From assembly GCA_964349945.1 (NCBI GenBank), contig CAYGIH010000001.1, positions 3,934 to 67,933 of the forward strand: DNA of 64,000 bases, in the 5' to 3' direction. This document shows positions 1 through 9,003 of the stretch, piece after piece. The position numbers and the translations under genes were made by a program. Numbering within the stretch: position 1 is the first letter of the stretch; each line of letters opens with the position of its first letter. Under the pieces are notes generated by a model that did no database searches, had not been told where the DNA came from, and saw nothing but the letters and a program-made list of their open reading frames with translations. The stretch comes from an uncultured Candidatus Saccharibacteria bacterium (GTDB lineage Bacteria > Patescibacteriota > Minisyncoccia > Phycocordibacterales > Zambryskibacteraceae).

Positions 1-1343
1 TCGGTGAAGAAAGTTTTTCAGATAGGATGCAATATATTTTACAAAACACTATCCTCGCACTTTTGGAATATCCTGGGGCCACAATGCTTGGGATAAATAA
101 AATGCTTGTAGATAAAGCTTATAGGGACAAGGTTGTAGCCAATGTGACAGACTCATCAGTGAAAGTTTATTGGACCAAAGAGTTTGCTGGTTATACAGAA
201 AGATTTGCAGCAGAAGCTATCCCAGCCATTCAAAACAAAATTGGACAGTTTACTTCTAACCCATTAATTAGAAACATTATCGGCCAATCAAAATCTACTT
301 TTGATATCCGTGAATTCATGGATAAGAAAAAGATTATTATAGTTAACCTCTCGAAGGGACGAGTGGGTGAAGGTAATGCGAACCTCTTAGGTTCAATGCT
401 CATCACCAAGATTTACCTTGCAGCCATGAGTCGTGCAGACAAGAACAATGCTGAACTAGTCAAGCTCCCAAACTTTTATTTATATGTGGATGAATTTCAA
501 TCCTTTGCGAACGAGTCCTTTGCAGATATTTTATCTGAGGCTCGCAAGTATAAACTTAACTTAACTATCGCTCACCAATACATCGAACAGATGGAAGAAG
601 AGGTGAGAGACGCAGTCTTTGGTAACGTGGGCACGATGATCGCCTTTAGAGTAGGAGCTTATGATGCAGAAGTTTTGGAGAAAGAATTTGCTCCAACATT
701 CATCGCAGAAGATTTAGTGAATTTAGGGATGTATCAAATATATTTGAAGCTCATGATTGATGGGGTTTCTTCTAAACCATTTTCTGCGACGACTATGGCC
801 CCAATCAAGGCCCCAGAAATTAATTATAAAAAAGAAGTTATAGAAAGTTCTCGAGCTCAGTTTGCTCATTCTAGAAAAGATGTAGAGAAAACTATTTCAG
901 ATTGGCAAGGTGAAGCTAAACCAACAGAAGTACACGCCTTTTCTGGTCTTAAACACACAGAATACAAAACCAAGAAAGATGTCCACAGAGAAGTGAGACC
1001 AGAACCAAGACGAGATGTTCCAAGGGCCATTGACCCCAGAGCTATCAAAGAAGAAAGTGATGACTTCAAACCACTAACAGCTATTAATCTGCCTAAAATA
1101 TCACCAGCACCACAAGTACAAAAAGTTTCTTTGGATAATTTAAAGCCTAAACAACAAAATAATCAGCGACAACCAAGCAAGGAACACATGTCTGATTTGA
1201 GGAATGTGTTGGCTGGTATGGTTAAAAATGAACCTCCAAAATCAGAGGTAAAAAAAGAAGAATTAAAAAAACCAGAAGAAAAGAAAAAAACTAATGAACC
1301 TACTCCTGAAGAACTAAAAAAGATTTTAGGAGTTGATGAATAA
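1..1343 (+). CDS. Type IV secretion/conjugative coupling protein (VirD4/TraG/TraD family), C-terminal part. The reading frame is open to the window edge, so it is 5'-truncated here.
   Basis: ORF 27..1343, with the frame open back to nt 3. It contains the motif 'YLYVDEFQSF...ARKYKLNLTIAHQYIEQM...FGNVGTMIAFRVG', typical of the TraG/TraD C-terminal ATPase domain. The C-terminus is a K/E/P-rich disordered tail. Confidence 0.45.
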   Translation, partial: GEESFSDRMQYILQNTILALLEYPGATMLGINKMLVDKAYRDKVVANVTDSSVKVYWTKEFAGYTERFAAEAIPAIQNKIGQFTSNPLIRNIIGQSKSTFDIREFMDKKKIIIVNLSKGRVGEGNANLLGSMLITKIYLAAMSRADKNNAELVKLPNFYLYVDEFQSFANESFADILSEARKYKLNLTIAHQYIEQMEEEVRDAVFGNVGTMIAFRVGAYDAEVLEKEFAPTFIAEDLVNLGMYQIYLKLMIDGVSSKPFSATTMAPIKAPEINYKKEVIESSRAQFAHSRKDVEKTISDWQGEAKPTEVHAFSGLKHTEYKTKKDVHREVRPEPRRDVPRAIDPRAIKEESDDFKPLTAINLPKISPAPQVQKVSLDNLKPKQQNNQRQPSKEHMSDLRNVLAGMVKNEPPKSEVKKEELKKPEEKKKTNEPTPEELKKILGVDE

Positions 1344-2436
1344 AATGAAGCGAGTATTAATCTTCTCATTTGCATATGAGCCAGTGATTGGTGGAGCAGA
1401 AGTGGCGGTTAAAGAAATCACTTCAAGGATTAGTGATGTGGAGTTTGATATGGTGACCAAAAGGTTCGATGTGTCGCATAAAGGATTAGAAAGGATAGGT
1501 AATGTGAATGTTTATAGGATAAACTCTTCTAAATTATTTTTCCCAATAAAAGCGTATCTATTTGGTGAGAAGCTTCATAAACAAAAACCCTATGATGTTG
1601 TTTGGTCAATCATGGCCGCTTTTGCGGGCTTCGCAGCACTCTTTTTCAAAATGAGTTTTCCAAATGTGAAATATGTTCTGACTCTCCAAGAAGGTGATCC
1701 GATTGGACATATTAAACGTCGAGCGTTTTTTGTATCACCACTTTTTAAAAGAATTTTTCTAAAGGCAGATATAATCCAAGTTATCTCAAACTATCTTGGA
1801 GATTTCGCTCGTAGCATGGGGTACAAAGGTAGGATAGAAGTTATCCCTAACGGTGTAGATGTTCGCAAATTTGAAAACGTGCGATCCTCGGGGTCGCACA
1901 AGGATAAAGTGGTGCTTATAACTACTTCTAGGTTAGTGGTGAAAAATGGTGTAGGAGACATTATTGAAGCTTTAAAATATCTTCCAGAAAATGTTGAGTT
2001 ACAAATTGTTGGAGTTGGACCACTGGAAAAAGAGTTAAAGCAAAAAGTTAAAAGTTTACAACTAGAAGCTCGTGTGAAGTTTCTTGGATTTATAAAATAT
2101 GATGACATCCAAAATTGTTTACACGAGGCAGATATTTTCATACGACCGTCGCTTTCAGAAGGCATGGGGAATTCATTCATAGAGGCGATGGCTGCAGGAC
2201 TACCTGTGATAGCCACACCTGTTGGAGGGATAGTTGATTTCCTAAAGGACGGGGAGACAGGACTATTTTGTAAGGTAAAGAATCCAAGGAGTATCGCAGA
2301 GCAAGTGTTGAAGCTCATCAATAATTCAGAACTAAAAACTAAATTAGTAGAGAATGCTGGTTGTATGGTAAGGGAGAAATACGAATGGGATTTAGTGGCC
2401 AAGGATATGAAAGAACGAGTGTTTAATCATGGATAA
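1333..2436 (+). CDS. Glycosyltransferase family 1 (GT4-like)
   Basis: 367-aa ORF. The C-terminal region 'SLSEGMGNSFIEAMAAGLPVIATPVGGIVDFLKDGETG' is a classic GT1 EX7E sugar-donor binding region. It overlaps the upstream gene by a few nt, consistent with an operon. Confidence 0.8.
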   Translation: MMNKMKRVLIFSFAYEPVIGGAEVAVKEITSRISDVEFDMVTKRFDVSHKGLERIGNVNVYRINSSKLFFPIKAYLFGEKLHKQKPYDVVWSIMAAFAGFAALFFKMSFPNVKYVLTLQEGDPIGHIKRRAFFVSPLFKRIFLKADIIQVISNYLGDFARSMGYKGRIEVIPNGVDVRKFENVRSSGSHKDKVVLITTSRLVVKNGVGDIIEALKYLPENVELQIVGVGPLEKELKQKVKSLQLEARVKFLGFIKYDDIQNCLHEADIFIRPSLSEGMGNSFIEAMAAGLPVIATPVGGIVDFLKDGETGLFCKVKNPRSIAEQVLKLINNSELKTKLVENAGCMVREKYEWDLVAKDMKERVFNHG

Positions 2437-3070
2437 ATCACCAGAACAAGAAGAGAGCAAAGAATCATTTATAGATTTAGGTGTGGCTTTAAACCTTGAG
2501 GGATTGGTATTAGAACAAGCACATATTTTAGCCAAACAAATTAAAGGAAAAGCCAAATACGTTTTTACTCTTGATGAAAATGCACTGCCACATATTACTT
2601 TGTTTCAAGGGCGATTTGTAGAGGGGGTAGAGGGACGATTGGAAGAGTTATTGAAAGAATTATTAAAGGAAGGTATTGGAGAATTAGAAATGGAAGATAG
2701 GCTATTTTTTAGGCCAAATGGAAATGTTTTTTGGAATGTGAAAGATAACCAAGTATTAAGGGATCTACACGAAAAGTTAAATACTTTATTAATATCTGAG
2801 ACACAAGGGCTTCTAATGGATCAATTTCAAAAAATTATTGATGACCCAAATGCTTCTGAAACAGATAAATTACAAATAAAAAAATATGGAGCACTGCTTG
2901 CAGGAGATAAATTTTTACCTCATGTCACCCTTGGGCGCCTGATTAATCTAGAAGATAGAAAATTACTTGAAGATATAAAGGTACCTACACTTACATTTCA
3001 CCCAAAACATTTTATCTTGGGTAACCTCGGTTCATATGGGGAAGTAAAGACTGTTATTTCAAACTATTGA
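2429..3070 (+). CDS. 2H phosphoesterase superfamily protein (LigT / 2'-5' RNA ligase-like)
   Basis: 213-aa ORF with two H-x-T-x motifs ('PHITLFQ' and 'PHVTLGR') spaced about 100 aa apart, the hallmark of the 2H family. Confidence 0.55.
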   Translation: MDKSPEQEESKESFIDLGVALNLEGLVLEQAHILAKQIKGKAKYVFTLDENALPHITLFQGRFVEGVEGRLEELLKELLKEGIGELEMEDRLFFRPNGNVFWNVKDNQVLRDLHEKLNTLLISETQGLLMDQFQKIIDDPNASETDKLQIKKYGALLAGDKFLPHVTLGRLINLEDRKLLEDIKVPTLTFHPKHFILGNLGSYGEVKTVISNY

Positions 3071-3096
3071 CTTTTGGGTATAAGGTGTGATATAAT
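3067..3096 (+). promoter_or_regulatory. Sigma70-like promoter (TTGACT - 18 nt - TATAAT) for the GC-rich ORF
   Basis: TTGACT at 3067-3072 and TATAAT at 3091-3096. A consensus AGGAGG Shine-Dalgarno follows at 3133-3138, 7 nt before the ATG at 3146. Confidence 0.5.
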
Positions 3097-3145
3097 ATGG
3101 TTCGCAATAAGATCTTTGTTTTCTTGAATCAGAGGAGGTCAACTC

Positions 3146-3778
3146 ATGCTTGTTCGTGTTTCAGTTGGTAATCTTGCCCCTCGTGTAGTTGTGAAGGAGA
3201 CCGGAAACATCATCTTCTTTGGGGTTCTGAACTCTGCTTCCTACCGCAAGGGGGAGAAGAGGATCGGTGCCTTGGGCGGCGCAGCCGAGCTTACGGTCTG
3301 GGGCCGGAAGTTCCTCGAAGACAACTTCGGAGCAAGCGATTTCGAAGGCGAAGATGCTCGTTTCGTTGTCGACGATGCGCATCTGGAGGCAATCTTTGAG
3401 ATCTTTTTCAATCGTGATCCGAAGTTCTTCGAGACTGATCCCACGAGGGAGATCGTTGAAGAGCTCACGAAGGAGAAGATTGCCAGCCTTGGCACCATTC
3501 TTCAACCCGAAGATGTTGCTGGGGCCGTGGTCCAGTATGTGAAGACTGTGCGTCAGAAACAGGGTGCCGGCACTTCGGCTCGAGAGAAGGAGGGGATGCC
3601 CACTCGGCGTATTTTCCATTTCTTCGACCTTCTCGTGTCTGAAGAGGTGCTTCTGAAGATGATGGACCACGAGACCTTCCATCTCCTTTCGGACGAAGAT
3701 GTATTGACGACTGAAGGGGGCTCGAAGAAGGGTCGTACGTCTTCAGGTATCGAGATCGCCGACAACATCTTCTGGTGA
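3146..3778 (+). CDS. Hypothetical protein encoded in a compositionally anomalous (GC-rich, GC3-biased) island
   Basis: 210-aa ORF with a strong Shine-Dalgarno, an upstream near-consensus promoter and a downstream intrinsic terminator. From about nt 3190 the codon third positions are strongly G/C-biased (ttc, atc, aag, gag, gac, ggc). Every flanking gene uses A/T-ending codons. Because of the high GC, several other frames on both strands are also open across this span. Confidence 0.5.
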   Translation: MLVRVSVGNLAPRVVVKETGNIIFFGVLNSASYRKGEKRIGALGGAAELTVWGRKFLEDNFGASDFEGEDARFVVDDAHLEAIFEIFFNRDPKFFETDPTREIVEELTKEKIASLGTILQPEDVAGAVVQYVKTVRQKQGAGTSAREKEGMPTRRIFHFFDLLVSEEVLLKMMDHETFHLLSDEDVLTTEGGSKKGRTSSGIEIADNIFW

Positions 3779-3789
3779 AGGACGCAACA

Positions 3790-3822
3790 GCCCAGCGCAA
3801 TACATCGCGCTGGGCTTTTTTC
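3790..3822 (+). terminator. Rho-independent terminator
   Basis: GCCCAGCGC-aatacatc-GCGCTGGGC followed by TTTTTT. Confidence 0.7.
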
Positions 3823-3841
3823 TTTGTGTTATATTGGTCTC

Positions 3842-4615
3842 ATGCAAAATAGATTTGAATTTATAAAGACTCTTACAAGAGAAGCTGGACAGAAAGTGCT
3901 TGAAGCACGAGACAAGCATCTAGAAGTTTCATCCAAAGAAGGAGATTCAAGGAATTTGGTTACCAATGTGGATTTGGAAGTGAATCGATTTATCACAGAG
4001 AGGATTAATGCAGAATTTCCAAGTGAACTAATTTATTCAGAAGAAACAAAAGATAAAGTGAACGAATCAGGAAATTTCTGGTCGGTAGATCCAATCGATG
4101 GGACTTCAAACTTCGCTCGTTCTATTCCACACTTTGCAGTAGTGATTTCTTGGATGGAGAATGGTGAACCAACAATGGGAGCGATTTATAATCCAGTCAC
4201 AAATGAATTGTTCAGCTTCGATAAATCTCAAGGGGCGTTTTTGAATGATAAATCTATTAAGGTCTCTGATGTGAATGTGTTAAAGGATGCTTATGTTTTG
4301 CTTCACATAGGTCGCAAGGAAGATATAAGGGAGTGGGGTATTAATCTCCAAAGAGCGTTTATAGAAAAGGCGAAGAAAAACACAAACCTCGGTTCATCGG
4401 CCTTGGACTTAGCATACTTGGCTTCTGGACGAGTTGAGGTAGTTATCTATGGCACCATGACTACTATGGATATAGCTTGTGCCACAGCCCTAATCAGAGC
4501 ATCGGGAGGGGAAGTTTATTCTATAGACGGTACTCCGGTGAAATTCCTCACCACTCCACAGCAAATTATTGCTACTTCAAACCGAGCTTTATTTGAAGAA
4601 ATTTCAAAACTCTAA
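3842..4615 (+). CDS. Inositol monophosphatase family protein (IMPase/SuhB-like)
   Basis: 'WSVDPIDGTSNFARSIP' is the IMPase metal-binding motif W-x-x-DPIDGT. 'ALDLAYLASGR' is the second conserved motif. The ORF track starts at a TTG at 3824. The ATG at 3842 (MQNRFEF...) is preferred. Confidence 0.8.
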   Translation: MQNRFEFIKTLTREAGQKVLEARDKHLEVSSKEGDSRNLVTNVDLEVNRFITERINAEFPSELIYSEETKDKVNESGNFWSVDPIDGTSNFARSIPHFAVVISWMENGEPTMGAIYNPVTNELFSFDKSQGAFLNDKSIKVSDVNVLKDAYVLLHIGRKEDIREWGINLQRAFIEKAKKNTNLGSSALDLAYLASGRVEVVIYGTMTTMDIACATALIRASGGEVYSIDGTPVKFLTTPQQIIATSNRALFEEISKL

Positions 4616-5703
4616 GCCACAGCGAATTCTTTTTGTCTTTCTTTTTCTTCTTCTGAGCGGAGAGTATCGCGTTTGCCTTTATATTCATCCACTAATTCTC
4701 TAGGCAATTGTTCGTCTTCTAAAATATGTTCAAGCACTCTATGCCAGAAGGCGATGCGTTTTTTTGTAAGCTCATGAAGGTCTCCAGAGGTCTTAGGTAG
4801 AGAACGGATGTAGTAATCGATTAGATACCCAAGTTTATAAACTCGCATTAGACGGAGGTTTAGATATTCAACTTCTCCGCGGTTGTTTCGGACATAATCA
4901 GCCAAAAGCTTTTCAAGGTCTGGGTTATGAATAACCATATAATTTAGAAATCTTGCCCAACCTTCATACTTGTTTCCAAACTGTACAGCAGCTGCGTCGA
5001 GCACATACATTTTTTGTCCAGAGACACGAAAGTTGTGAGGGACAAAGTCTGTGTGTACCAAATGGTTTGAGTATGTGTCTATAGTAGCTTTGTTTTCCTT
5101 GAGGAATTTCTCAGCACGTTCTAGAACGTCTTCAAGTATTCCGTCTTCGTCAAGTTTTTTCACTGATGATTGAAACTCATTGAACGAATCAAAATAGGTT
5201 CGGGCGGTAAAAATAGGGAAGACAATACCTACTTTTTTAATATGTTCAAAGGTGGTGGCATGAAAAGCTTCTTGAGCCTCAAATGCCTTTAGAGCCATGA
5301 AGAATTGTTGTTCGAGTGGATGTTCAACGAAAACTTTTTCTTGAGCAATATACTCAGTGATATACATTAAGTATTCTCCAATTTGCCCAAAGTATAATTC
5401 TTTCGGAAAGAGTAAGACTTGTTTGGCGAAGGAAACAGATTGGAGTAAATCTCGAGCATTCTTTTCATAATTGATTTCTTTCTTACCATCCAAATGGTTT
5501 GATGCTTTGATAACTATTCTTTTACCATCTTTGTTTTGACCCATAAGCACCAACTTATTTCTGGTCATAAGGAATCTTTCTCCACTAATATGTGGTTGTT
5601 CTTCATCTAAAACATAACCAAGGGTATTGGTGGCTGTACTTATGGCGGCAATTTCTGTTTGGAGTCTTTCTTGCCAGAGGGTCTCTGTTTCGGTTGATTT
5701 CAT
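4612..5703 (-). CDS. Protein-kinase-like phosphotransferase (aminoglycoside/choline kinase-type fold)
   Basis: 363-aa ORF. 'LVHTDFVPHNF' has the form of a Brenner HxDxxxxN catalytic motif. 'MYVLDAA' is a DFG-like Mg-binding motif. Confidence 0.5.
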   Translation of the reverse strand: MKSTETETLWQERLQTEIAAISTATNTLGYVLDEEQPHISGERFLMTRNKLVLMGQNKDGKRIVIKASNHLDGKKEINYEKNARDLLQSVSFAKQVLLFPKELYFGQIGEYLMYITEYIAQEKVFVEHPLEQQFFMALKAFEAQEAFHATTFEHIKKVGIVFPIFTARTYFDSFNEFQSSVKKLDEDGILEDVLERAEKFLKENKATIDTYSNHLVHTDFVPHNFRVSGQKMYVLDAAAVQFGNKYEGWARFLNYMVIHNPDLEKLLADYVRNNRGEVEYLNLRLMRVYKLGYLIDYYIRSLPKTSGDLHELTKKRIAFWHRVLEHILEDEQLPRELVDEYKGKRDTLRSEEEKERQKEFAVA

Positions 5704-5745
5704 CGTCGTTTCATCCTATAGTAGCCTTATCTTTTCTGCAATTAT

Positions 5746-6714
5746 ATGAAAACAGTCATTCTCACCGGTGGGGCAGGTTTTATTGGTTCAGTGGTCGCTC
5801 GTGAACTTTTGGCCAAGGAATATAAGGTTGTTTGTGTAGACAGTTTTACTGATGATCTATATGATCCGAGTTTAAAGGAAGACAATGTTAGTGTCTTTAA
5901 AAATAATGAAAATTTTGTTTTGTATAGGACTGATATTTGTCATATAGAAGAATTAAAAAATATTTTTGAAAAGGAAAAACCAGAACTAGTTGTTCATCTT
6001 GCGGCCAGAGCCAACACCAGAAAAGCAGTTGGTGAACCTCAGAGTTATGTAGATACAAACATTAGTGGCACCTTAAATATTTTGGAACTTTCAAAGGATT
6101 ATAAAATCGGGAATGTTGTCATTGCATCTTCTTCAAGTGTTTATGGCAATAGTTCAAAAGTGCCTTTGAATGAAAATGATGTGGCTGATAAACCCCTTTC
6201 TCCTTATGGGATGACAAAACGAGCAGATGAAATGCTCGCATATACTTATCATCATAATTTTAATATGAACATAACATGCCTCAGGTATTTCAATGCTTAT
6301 GGAGAGAACAACCGCCCAGACCTCGTGCCTTATATTTGGGGAAATCTGATTTTAGATGATGGAGAGATAGAAATTTCTGGAGATGGTTCTAGGAGTAGAG
6401 ATTATACATATATAGGAGATATCGCAGATGGGACGATAAAAGCGATGGGAAAGCCTCTTGGATTTGAAATTATAAATTTAGGTAATAGTCGTCCGGTTTC
6501 TTTAAAAGAGTTAGTAGGAGTGTTTGAAAAGGTGACAGGCAAGACAGCAAAAGTGAAAAGTCGCCCAAGCAATAAAGCCAGTGTTGAATCTACTTGTGCA
6601 GATATTTCTAAGGCTAAAAAATTGCTAAATTGGGAACCAACAACACCAATTGAGGAAGGAATAGAGAAACTAATTATTTGGCTTAGAAACTATAGAACTA
6701 AAAATACTGTTTAA
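5746..6714 (+). CDS. NAD-dependent epimerase/dehydratase (UDP-sugar 4-epimerase-like SDR)
   Basis: N-terminal Rossmann motif 'ILTGGAGFIGS'. Catalytic 'SPYGMTKRADE' (YxxxK). Confidence 0.85.
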   Translation: MKTVILTGGAGFIGSVVARELLAKEYKVVCVDSFTDDLYDPSLKEDNVSVFKNNENFVLYRTDICHIEELKNIFEKEKPELVVHLAARANTRKAVGEPQSYVDTNISGTLNILELSKDYKIGNVVIASSSSVYGNSSKVPLNENDVADKPLSPYGMTKRADEMLAYTYHHNFNMNITCLRYFNAYGENNRPDLVPYIWGNLILDDGEIEISGDGSRSRDYTYIGDIADGTIKAMGKPLGFEIINLGNSRPVSLKELVGVFEKVTGKTAKVKSRPSNKASVESTCADISKAKKLLNWEPTTPIEEGIEKLIIWLRNYRTKNTV

Positions 6715-7821
6715 GTTTTTGATATGTGCTTCCCAAGAAAACTTTTCTTTTAAAAGTACATGACCTTGTTCGGCTAATTTTTGAGCATAGGCTGGGTCAT
6801 TGAATAATCTTTCTATGGCTCCGGCTAATCCTTGTGGATCATTTGGTTTAACAAGTAAGCCAGTCTTTTCATGATAGAGAGCTTCGTTTGTGCCTGGGAT
6901 ATCTGTGGCTATGGTAGGGATGTTGGCTGCGAAGCTTGTTAGCACTGTATGTGGGAGGCCTTCATAAGTAGAGTTTAGGACGTAAATTTCAGAACGTTTT
7001 CGTAGTTGCCATGTTTCTGCACGAGAAACTTTACCCAAAAGTTCAACCGCCTCATCTAAACCAAGCTCTGATTTAAGTTTTTTTAAATTTTCTAATTCTG
7101 GTCCATCTCCAGCCACAACTAGCTTTGCATCAGGGAACTTTTCTCTGACTATTTTTAAAGCTCTTATCATCCCGTCTATGCCTTTCCAGGCGACAAGGCG
7201 TGCAGTAGTGGCTATTTGATGCGGTACCTTTGTTGCCTCAAACGGGAGTACTTCTGTTTCTTCAGCAGCATTATAATTCACTACCGCCCTTTCATTTTTT
7301 ACTCCGTAAGTTTTTTTGAGTTCTTCGAGTAAATACGCAGATGGAGTAGTGACAACCTTTGCTTGTCTAAGGACAAATCCTTGAATCATCATCATTAGTT
7401 TAATTTTGATACCTCCTTCAGGAGAAGAAAGGAAGTCCTCCAACTTCTTTTCTGTGAGTTTATTTTGTGTAGCTCTTTCCCACGCTTCATCTCCAACAAA
7501 TTTAAGTGCAAAAGGTTTGTTGCAAAGTATAGAAACAAGTGCCACAGGCAATCCAGCGGCCATAGCATTTTGAACATAGATCAAATCCGCATTTTCACTG
7601 GCCTTATAAACGGCGAAGAAATATTTAATTAGTCGAGTGAATAATGGTCGCTGTTTGCTGACTGCGATTAGAGTTGTTTTTGGGAATGCCTCTCGGACAT
7701 CTGTGTAGGCTACCACTATGATCTCGTGTTGGTCATGGAGTCGTTCGCAGAGTTCTTTGGTGTATGTAGCTGGTCCACCGATTTCTGGTGGGTAAATTGG
7801 GGTGGCTATAACTATTTTCAT
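6670..7821 (-). CDS. Glycosyltransferase family 1
   Basis: 383-aa ORF. 'STYEGLPHTVLTSFAANIPTIATDIPGTNEALYHEKTGLLVKPNDPQGLAGAIERL' is a GT1 C-terminal domain. Confidence 0.8.
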   Translation of the reverse strand: MKIVIATPIYPPEIGGPATYTKELCERLHDQHEIIVVAYTDVREAFPKTTLIAVSKQRPLFTRLIKYFFAVYKASENADLIYVQNAMAAGLPVALVSILCNKPFALKFVGDEAWERATQNKLTEKKLEDFLSSPEGGIKIKLMMMIQGFVLRQAKVVTTPSAYLLEELKKTYGVKNERAVVNYNAAEETEVLPFEATKVPHQIATTARLVAWKGIDGMIRALKIVREKFPDAKLVVAGDGPELENLKKLKSELGLDEAVELLGKVSRAETWQLRKRSEIYVLNSTYEGLPHTVLTSFAANIPTIATDIPGTNEALYHEKTGLLVKPNDPQGLAGAIERLFNDPAYAQKLAEQGHVLLKEKFSWEAHIKNLNSIFSSIVSKPNN

Positions 7822-7874
7822 AGGAGTACTATAGCATTTCTAAACATCTAAAATAAAGCTATAATTAGACATAT

Positions 7875-8993
7875 ATGAAGAAAAAACTATTCTATATAGC
7901 CAATATGCGTATGCCCACGGAGCGGGCTCATGGCATACAAATTATGGAAATGTGCCAAGCTTTCTCTAATCTTGAATACGATGTGGAGCTTGTGGTGACC
8001 AATAGAAAAACGAGCGTTTTGGAAGATCCGTTTGTTTTCTATGATATTCCAGAAAGTTTTAAAATTACTAAACTTTGGTGTTGGGACGCCATAAATTTAG
8101 GAAGGATTGGTTTTTGGATTCAATCACTCACTTTTGCAGAAAGGACCGCATGGTATTTATTGAATAAAAAAGGCATTTTTTATACACGTGACGAATTATT
8201 GGCTGTTTATCTCAAGCTGTTTGGTAAAGATGTCGCGTGGGAAACTCATATGGGCAGAAATAATATTTTAGTTAGCATGATTAAAGCTCTTAAAATTCCC
8301 GTTGTCGCTATTACTGATGGACTTAAAGACGTTTATTTAAAAAGTGGCATGGCTAGTGAGAAAATTTTAGTAGCACCAGATGGTGCAGATATTGGTCGTT
8401 TTGATATTAGTATTTCAAAGCATGATGCCCGCAAACAGTTAAATCTTCCACAGGATAAAAAAATTATTCTTTATAAGGGGTCTCTTACTCCATGGAAGGG
8501 AGCAGGGACATTGGCTGAGTCTACAAAATTTTCAATGACTCCAGATACTCAATTTGTATTCATTGGTGGCAATCCAACAGATGTAGAAGAGTTTAAAAAG
8601 GAATTTGGTCATATAGAAAATATTTCTATACTAGGTAATCGTCCAAGGAAAGAAACACCAATTTATCAAAAGGCCGCAGATCTTCTTATTATCCCTAATA
8701 GTGCCAAGGAAGATATTTCCAAACTATATACATCTCCAATGAAGCTTTTTGGATATATGGCTGGTGGGGTGCCGATTATTGCTTCTGATTTGCCTTCTAT
8801 TAAGGAAATCCTTGGAGAGAAAGATGCTTATTTCTTTATTCCAGATGATGCGAGGAGTTTAGGAGAAATGATTGATAATGTTTTTTCAAATATAAACGAA
8901 GCGGAACAAAAAGCTTTAAAGTCTTTGTTCAAGGTCAGAGAATATTCATGGGAGAAACGCGCCGAGTCGATTTTAGCTTTTATTAAGGCATAA
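7875..8993 (+). CDS. Glycosyltransferase family 1-like
   Basis: 372-aa ORF. The C-terminal 'MKLFGYMAGGVPIIASDLPSIKEILGE' is GT1-like. Confidence 0.6.
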   Translation: MKKKLFYIANMRMPTERAHGIQIMEMCQAFSNLEYDVELVVTNRKTSVLEDPFVFYDIPESFKITKLWCWDAINLGRIGFWIQSLTFAERTAWYLLNKKGIFYTRDELLAVYLKLFGKDVAWETHMGRNNILVSMIKALKIPVVAITDGLKDVYLKSGMASEKILVAPDGADIGRFDISISKHDARKQLNLPQDKKIILYKGSLTPWKGAGTLAESTKFSMTPDTQFVFIGGNPTDVEEFKKEFGHIENISILGNRPRKETPIYQKAADLLIIPNSAKEDISKLYTSPMKLFGYMAGGVPIIASDLPSIKEILGEKDAYFFIPDDARSLGEMIDNVFSNINEAEQKALKSLFKVREYSWEKRAESILAFIKA

Positions 8994-9003
8994 TACACAA
9001 ATT

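Noticed and set aside
1791-2402. 203-aa minus-strand ORF inside the GT1 gene at 1333..2436.
   Set aside because: Fully embedded antisense in a well-supported glycosyltransferase, and Ser/Thr/Pro-rich low-complexity translation.
3146-3778. Considered whether the GC-rich segment is a structured RNA gene (RNase P, tmRNA, rRNA fragment) rather than a CDS.
   Set aside because: No RNase P, tmRNA or rRNA signature motifs were seen. The segment has a clean SD+ATG, a 210-codon open frame with codon-position-specific GC bias, and a protein-like hydropathy pattern.
3161-3800. Overlapping ORFs on both strands in the GC-rich island (3161..3682 -, 3241..3498 -, 3267..3542 +, 3465..3800 -, 3553..3768 -).
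   Set aside because: High GC removes stop codons from every frame. Only the + frame from 3146 has the promoter, consensus SD and terminator in the right orientation, and the G/C third-position periodicity.
5592-5804. 70-aa + ORF spanning the divergent promoter region between the kinase-like gene and the epimerase.
   Set aside because: It overlaps the 5' ends of both flanking genes. It is Trp/Leu/Phe-rich, nonsense-like, and has no RBS.
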